Translations under genes and position numbers: made by a program
Part shown: positions 59,144 to 64,000 of the stretch, one piece after another
How positions within the stretch are numbered: the stretch's first letter is position 1
Layout of the letters: every line of letters starts with the position of its first letter
Notes under the pieces: model-generated
What the model was told of the DNA's origin: nothing
Seen by the model: the letters and a program-made list of their open reading frames with translations, nothing else
The model's database searches: none
Assembly (NCBI GenBank): GCA_047285805.1
Contig: JBJBCN010000002.1
Location: 192,001-256,000, forward strand
Length of the DNA: 64,000 bases
Source: Synechococcus sp.
GTDB taxonomy: Bacteria > Cyanobacteriota > Cyanobacteriia > PCC-6307 > Cyanobiaceae
Direction of reading: 5' to 3'

Positions 59144-60424
59144 TTGGTTCTCTCTGCCCCGGGCGTTGGTACCCACACCACGACTGCACAGCGTCGGCCT
59201 ACTCCTAATGCGATGCGCCTGCTGGCGTCCCTGGAGGCCATGGCCGAGGTGGGACTGCAGCCCGATGGTTCGATCTGTCGCCGGGGCTTCACGGCTGAAG
59301 ACCGTCAGGGCCGCGAACGACTGAGTGAATGGATGATTGATGCCGGCCTGAGCCTGCGCATCGATGCCGCTGGCAATTTAATTGGCAGGCTTGAGGGTTC
59401 GGCCCCCAGCCTTCCAGCCCTCGTCACCGGCTCGCATCTCGACACGGTCCCAACGGGGGGGCGCTACGACGGCACCCTCGGTGTCTTGGCGGGCCTGGAA
59501 TTGGTTCGCGCGCTTCAGGACGCCTCGCTCCAGCTCCGCCACCCCTTTGAGTTGATCGTCTTTGCCGACGAGGAGTCCACGATGGTGGGCTGCAAGGGCA
59601 TGGCCGGCACCGCCAGCGCTGACCCCAGCGACTACACCACCAGCAACGGTGTGCCGATTGAGCGAAACCTGGCGCGTCTCGGGGGGGATTGGGACCGGCT
59701 TGCCAGCGCCGCCCGCAGTGATGACGCAATTGCAGCCTTCATCGAACTGCATGTGGAGCAGGGGGCCGTACTCGAGTGGCGTGGAGACAGCATTGGTGTT
59801 GTTCAGGGCGTCGTTGGCCAACGCCGTTTCACGATCCGCGTGCGCGGTCAGGCGAATCACGCCGGCACCACGCCGATGGATCAGCGTCAGGACGCTCTGG
59901 TGGCGGCAGCGCAGGTGGTCTTAGCCGTCCAGGCCCTCGCCCTGGATCATCCCGGTGATCCCGTGGCCACGGTCGGTAAGTTTGAGGTCTGGCCGAATGC
60001 CGCCAACGTCGTGCCTGGCGAGGTGCAGTGCAGCGTCGACCTGCGCGATCTCGACCCCGAGGTGTTGTCCGCATTAACCACAGAGCTGCAGCGGCGGCTG
60101 GCTGCCATCGCGGAGTCGAGCGGATGCCGCGTGACGATGGAGCCCCAGTTTTCGGTCGACCCCACCCCTGCCGCTCCGTCGCTGATGGACGCGATCGAGG
60201 CCGCTGCGATGGAGCTGGGCTTCTCGTACAGTACGTTGCCGAGCCGCGCTAGCCACGACGCCCAAGAAATGGGTCGTCGCTGGCCGATGGGGATGGTCTT
60301 TGTCCCCAGCCACCGTGGCTTGAGCCATTCCTCAGCCGAGTTCACAAGCTTGGAGCAGTGTGTGGCTGGGACGGCGGTGCTGCTATCGGCGTTCCTGCGG
60401 CTGGACGCGCAACTTCAGGGATGA
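59144..60424 (+). CDS. M20 Zn-dependent N-carbamoyl-amino-acid amidohydrolase (hydantoinase/carbamoylase family)
   Basis: GSHLDTV, YDG, DEE, ELHVEQG, NHAGTTPM and HDAQ. Confidence 0.9.
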   Translation: MVLSAPGVGTHTTTAQRRPTPNAMRLLASLEAMAEVGLQPDGSICRRGFTAEDRQGRERLSEWMIDAGLSLRIDAAGNLIGRLEGSAPSLPALVTGSHLDTVPTGGRYDGTLGVLAGLELVRALQDASLQLRHPFELIVFADEESTMVGCKGMAGTASADPSDYTTSNGVPIERNLARLGGDWDRLASAARSDDAIAAFIELHVEQGAVLEWRGDSIGVVQGVVGQRRFTIRVRGQANHAGTTPMDQRQDALVAAAQVVLAVQALALDHPGDPVATVGKFEVWPNAANVVPGEVQCSVDLRDLDPEVLSALTTELQRRLAAIAESSGCRVTMEPQFSVDPTPAAPSLMDAIEAAAMELGFSYSTLPSRASHDAQEMGRRWPMGMVFVPSHRGLSHSSAEFTSLEQCVAGTAVLLSAFLRLDAQLQG

Positions 60425-61140
60425 CTTTCTCGATCCTGGCGCGTGACCCCTCCAATGGGCGCTTCGGTGTGGCCGTCGCCACCTGCCATCTCGCGGTTGG
60501 CTCAACCGTGCCCCACATCCGTTCCGGTGTCGGTGCCGTGGCGACCCAGGCCCATGCGAACCCTTACCTCGGGATCTGTGGCTTGGAGCGGATGGAGCAG
60601 AACCGCGATGCCGAGTCGGTCCTGGCGAGCCTGCTGCGGGACGACCCCCAAATCGAGCACCGCCAACTGCACCTGATTGACGCCTGCGGCCGCACAGCGG
60701 GTTGGACCGGTCGGGCCTGCGGCCCCTACGCCGGCCATCGCTGTCATGCGGATCTGGCTGTGGCGGGAAACTTCCTCGCGGGTGAGGCTGTGCTGCTGGC
60801 GATGGAGGAGGCCTTCCTCTTGAGCGACCCCTCCTGGAAGTTGGGGCGACGCCTGCTCACGGCCCTTCAGGCCGGTGAGCAGGCCGGCGGCGATCGACGC
60901 TCCCCGCATGCCACTTCGGCGGCCCTGCAGGTCAGCGGTGAGGCGGCTTTCCCGCTGTTGGATCTGCGGGTGGACTTTGAGGACTGCGCGGTCGCATCCT
61001 TGACCCTGCTCTATGCGCGGAGTCAGCAACTTTGGGTCCAGCAATGGAGGGACGCCTTCGCCGAACTCCCGAATCCAGCGAGTCGTGCGATGAACCGGAC
61101 AGTCACCCCGTTGGTGAGGGATGACCCTTCGGTGGCTTAG
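60421..61140 (+). CDS. DUF1028 Ntn-hydrolase-like protein
   Basis: MTFSILARD...FGVAVAT...GAVATQ, AGN and GGDRR...SAAL. Confidence 0.88.
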   Translation: MTFSILARDPSNGRFGVAVATCHLAVGSTVPHIRSGVGAVATQAHANPYLGICGLERMEQNRDAESVLASLLRDDPQIEHRQLHLIDACGRTAGWTGRACGPYAGHRCHADLAVAGNFLAGEAVLLAMEEAFLLSDPSWKLGRRLLTALQAGEQAGGDRRSPHATSAALQVSGEAAFPLLDLRVDFEDCAVASLTLLYARSQQLWVQQWRDAFAELPNPASRAMNRTVTPLVRDDPSVA

Positions 61141-61919
61141 CTGATCAGGTCACGAATGACCCGGGCCCATCCCTCGCCATGGGCAGCGGGGGCCAAGAGA
61201 TAGCGCTTCTGCTCAAGGGCGCGGTGGAAAGCGGGGTGCGGGCCATCCGGCCCCGGAACAACGACGGCTACATCGGCGGCCTCCAGCAAAGGGATGTCGT
61301 TGGGGGAGTCCCCCAGCCCGAGCACCCGTGGCTTCGGGCCGCCGAGCCGTTCCTTTAGCCGTAACAACGCATCTCCTTTGCTCACTTCGGGCCCCAGCAG
61401 ATGCCCCATGCGGTTGCCTTGCACCACACTCAAACCAAGAGAGGAGGCCAGGGCGGGTAGGCGTTTCCTCCCTTCCGCGGTTGGGGGGACAAAAGGGACA
61501 CTCCAGCAGCGTCGCTGGGCTTGGGCGAGGGCTTCACCACCGAGGCCCAAGAGACGCTTCCCCTCGCTTTCGCTGAGCTCCTCCAGGGCCACGAGCCGTT
61601 CACCCAGGAGCGCCTCCAAGGCATCCAGCTGTGGCCTCAAGTGGCTGTGGTGGATGCCGAGGGCCTCTTCCCACTCCTCACCGCGGGCGTCTTCGCCATG
61701 GATGGCTCCACCGTTTTCGACGATGAAGGGATCACGAAGGCCAGCAGCGTCCCGAAAGCCCCGGACCTCTTCCGCGGTTTTGCTCGTGCAGGGGATCACT
61801 GGGATCTGTTGCTTCTGCAGCCAGCGGAGGGTCGTGCGGGCCGGCTCCCAGCTGTAGCTGTGATCCAGCAACGTCCCATCCAGGTCGGTGACGATCCACC
61901 AGGTGTTGTGACGTGTCAT
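61137..61919 (-). CDS. gpgP: HAD-IIB glucosyl/mannosyl-3-phosphoglycerate phosphatase
   Basis: TDLDGTLL, CTSKT, ENGG and GDSPND; gene context. Confidence 0.85.
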   Translation of the reverse strand: MTRHNTWWIVTDLDGTLLDHSYSWEPARTTLRWLQKQQIPVIPCTSKTAEEVRGFRDAAGLRDPFIVENGGAIHGEDARGEEWEEALGIHHSHLRPQLDALEALLGERLVALEELSESEGKRLLGLGGEALAQAQRRCWSVPFVPPTAEGRKRLPALASSLGLSVVQGNRMGHLLGPEVSKGDALLRLKERLGGPKPRVLGLGDSPNDIPLLEAADVAVVVPGPDGPHPAFHRALEQKRYLLAPAAHGEGWARVIRDLIS

Positions 61920-63652
61920 CGGCTGCTGATCCAATAGACGCCAAAGGGTTCCAGCTCCAGTTGGCGCTTGGCCTTGACCGTTCCAGCTGGATTGAGGTGA
62001 TCGATCCATTCCGGTGGAGAGGACTCACCCCATAGCGATGCCAACACGAGTGATTGGCGCGTGGCGCTGAAGTTGTGGATAGCCCACAGACGGGCTGGGC
62101 CGAGGCCACGCTCGAGGATCACCAAATCGGAGCGTCCGCTACTGAGCACCCGCATCGGGGAGTCAGGGTCTAGGGCTGAGAGGTTGCCCCGTTTTCCCAT
62201 GGCGAACTGCAGCTGGGCAATGTTGCTGCTGGCGGCCTGGCCAGGGTCCTGGAGTTGGAGCTGCAGGGCTCTGGCGTTGAACTTTGGTCGATTCAAGTCC
62301 CTGCGATGGCCGCTGCTGTGGAAGCGGGCCGTGTCGTTGGGGGCGGCCAGCAGGGCGGGTAGATAAAAGGCAGGAACCCCCGGCAGGGCCAGCTTGAAGC
62401 GCTGGCTGAGCAGAAAACGCTCCTGCTGCAATCGCTGTGGATCCCGACCGGCATCGGCCATAGCGCTCCACCAGCTGATGTTGATTTCGTAGGGGGCCTC
62501 GGTCCCATCACTGAGGCGGCGGTGGCTGATCAAGCCGCCCCGTTGTTCACAGCCCGCCAGGAGGTGGTGAAGGCGCGGCTGATCCATCAGCCCCTCCAGT
62601 GGCCGCAGACCGACACCGTCATGGCTGGCGCTGAAGTTCAGCAGGTTGGTCCCCTTGGGTAGATCCGGCCAACCGGCCAGCCAGCGGTTGAGGAGATCGC
62701 AGCGCTCGCTCTGGCAGGCCTCGAGCAGCAGCGGGGGCAGGGGGAAGTTGTAGGCCAGGTGTGCTTCCCGACCGGATCGCAGATAGGAGAGGTTTTCCTC
62801 CTCCGGGACGTTCGTCTCAGTCACCACGGCCCCCTCAGGGGCTTGGTCCTCCTGCAGCAGTCGTAGCACTTCGACGATGGCGTGGGCTTGGGGCCGGTGA
62901 ATGCAGCTCGTGAAAGGTTCCTTCCAGACGTATCCCACGGCGTCCAGCCGCAACCAGCCGACGCCGTGGCGGAAGAGGCGTTGCATCAGGTGGGCGAAAT
63001 GACGCAGCACCTCGGGCTCCTGCCAGTTCAGGTCTATTTGGTCTGGGCCGAAGGTGGTCCAGACCTGCTTGCGGCCGGCCAGGGGACTGATCAAGGGCGA
63101 GCTGCGGGGCCGAACGACTTCCGACCAGCAGGGATCGGGGCTGGCCTGCAGGATGCAGGAGCTTCCGGGGTCAGTGTCTTGGAGGCATTGGTGCACCCAG
63201 GGGTGCGAAGCCGAGACGTGGTTCAGGACAAGGTCCGCCATGAGGAGACGTCCACGGCTCAAGGCCTCGAGGTCTTCCCAATCACCAAAGCGTGGCTCGA
63301 GCTCCTCGTGGCTGGAGATGGCAAAGCCCCCGTCGCTGCTGGATCGCAAAAAGGGCAGCACATGGACGATGGAGGAGAGGGCGCGGAGCGGGCCATCCAA
63401 CAGTGCTTTCAGCAGGGGAAGGCTGGTGCGATCAGCATCGATGACCGAATCGGCGTAGCAGATCAGCACACAGGTCGCATTGCACCAGGGCCGCTGCGGC
63501 TGGGTGTGCATCTGCGCACCGATTCGGCCGGACTGCAGCAAATGAGACGACAAGCTTTCGATGTCGTTTGAAGACTGCCCTGGGTAAAGACCGCCAAGCA
63601 ACAGTTCCAGCTGTTTCTGCCGGTCGAACCCAACCACCAGCACTCCCATCAC
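61916..63652 (-). CDS. GH13_18 phosphorylase, glucosylglycerate-phosphorylase type
   Basis: DLVLNH, RLDAVGY, TETN, SHDGVG and PYEIN. Confidence 0.82.
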   Translation of the reverse strand: MMGVLVVGFDRQKQLELLLGGLYPGQSSNDIESLSSHLLQSGRIGAQMHTQPQRPWCNATCVLICYADSVIDADRTSLPLLKALLDGPLRALSSIVHVLPFLRSSSDGGFAISSHEELEPRFGDWEDLEALSRGRLLMADLVLNHVSASHPWVHQCLQDTDPGSSCILQASPDPCWSEVVRPRSSPLISPLAGRKQVWTTFGPDQIDLNWQEPEVLRHFAHLMQRLFRHGVGWLRLDAVGYVWKEPFTSCIHRPQAHAIVEVLRLLQEDQAPEGAVVTETNVPEEENLSYLRSGREAHLAYNFPLPPLLLEACQSERCDLLNRWLAGWPDLPKGTNLLNFSASHDGVGLRPLEGLMDQPRLHHLLAGCEQRGGLISHRRLSDGTEAPYEINISWWSAMADAGRDPQRLQQERFLLSQRFKLALPGVPAFYLPALLAAPNDTARFHSSGHRRDLNRPKFNARALQLQLQDPGQAASSNIAQLQFAMGKRGNLSALDPDSPMRVLSSGRSDLVILERGLGPARLWAIHNFSATRQSLVLASLWGESSPPEWIDHLNPAGTVKAKRQLELEPFGVYWISSR

Positions 63653-63705
63653 TCCCCCCAGATATCGGGCAGCTGGCTGATGAGTGTTGTCGCATTGATT
63701 ACTGC

Positions 63706-64000
63706 ATGGACTTCCAGCAAGGACTAATCACTACGGTTCATGACTACGGCTTCTCGGGGGCGGACCCGCAGTTATTCCATCAGCAGTTGCATGATCGGCC
63801 GACGGCTCTGCTGCTCCCCTGCTTGATGGAGGAGTTCCGCCGTCCGGCATTGCGCCTGATCCGCGAGGTCTTGTCCGGGTTGGAAGGACTGCAGTCGCTA
63901 GTCATCGCCCTGGCGGCGGATTCCGTGGAAGAGGTCTTGGAGGCCGAGGCGTTCTGGGCGGAGATGCCATTCCCCGTGCATGTGCACTGGACCAACGGCC
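63706..64000 (+). CDS. gpgS: Glucosyl-3-phosphoglycerate synthase (3' truncated by window edge)
   Basis: MDFQQGLITTVHDY...LLLPCLMEEF.RPAL; divergent from the phosphorylase and phosphatase genes; absent from ORF track. Confidence 0.8.
   Translation, partial: MDFQQGLITTVHDYGFSGADPQLFHQQLHDRPTALLLPCLMEEFRRPALRLIREVLSGLEGLQSLVIALAADSVEEVLEAEAFWAEMPFPVHVHWTNG

Noticed and set aside
63689..63702. NtcA-like GTC-N8-TAC between the phosphorylase gene and gpgS
   Set aside because: One mismatch and no convincingly spaced -10; plausible but unsupported.
1..64000. CRISPR arrays, rRNA genes, intact IS elements
   Set aside because: No spaced direct repeats, rRNA signatures or transposase ORFs seen.

Overview
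High-GC picocyanobacterial (Synechococcus/Cyanobium-type) chromosome segment. 1-3010: end of a lower-GC integrative element with a tyrosine recombinase and an isolated MpeQ-like phycoerythrin-II lyase-isomerase gene. About 3-23.6 kb: mostly housekeeping genes (yccA-like, PhoH family, rpsP, ffh, ftn2, pdhA, group 2 sigma factor, nnr, mnmA, cobQ, maf, cytochrome c6-like, trpA, ndhL), a small decayed patch at 18.8-20.8 kb, and tRNA-Leu(UAA). After the tRNA comes a long accessory region: sdhCAB, ClC, NDH-2, an iron module (intact futB, destroyed futA, Crp-family regulator, ferritin, Cys-rich microprotein, Fur-like and CRP-like sites), a partly decayed persulfide-detox module, and redox/ArsM-like genes. 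48.9-64 kb: a compatible-solute super-cluster with ProVWX, glycine-betaine methyltransferases, glucosylglycerate genes and, between them, an SSS transporter, a divergent carbamoyltransferase, an AsnB-type amidotransferase, an N-carbamoyl hydrolase and DUF1028. I propose, as inference, that this middle block makes and recycles a carbamoylated/amidated amino-acid osmolyte. All calls come from motif recognition and recall; no database searches were run.
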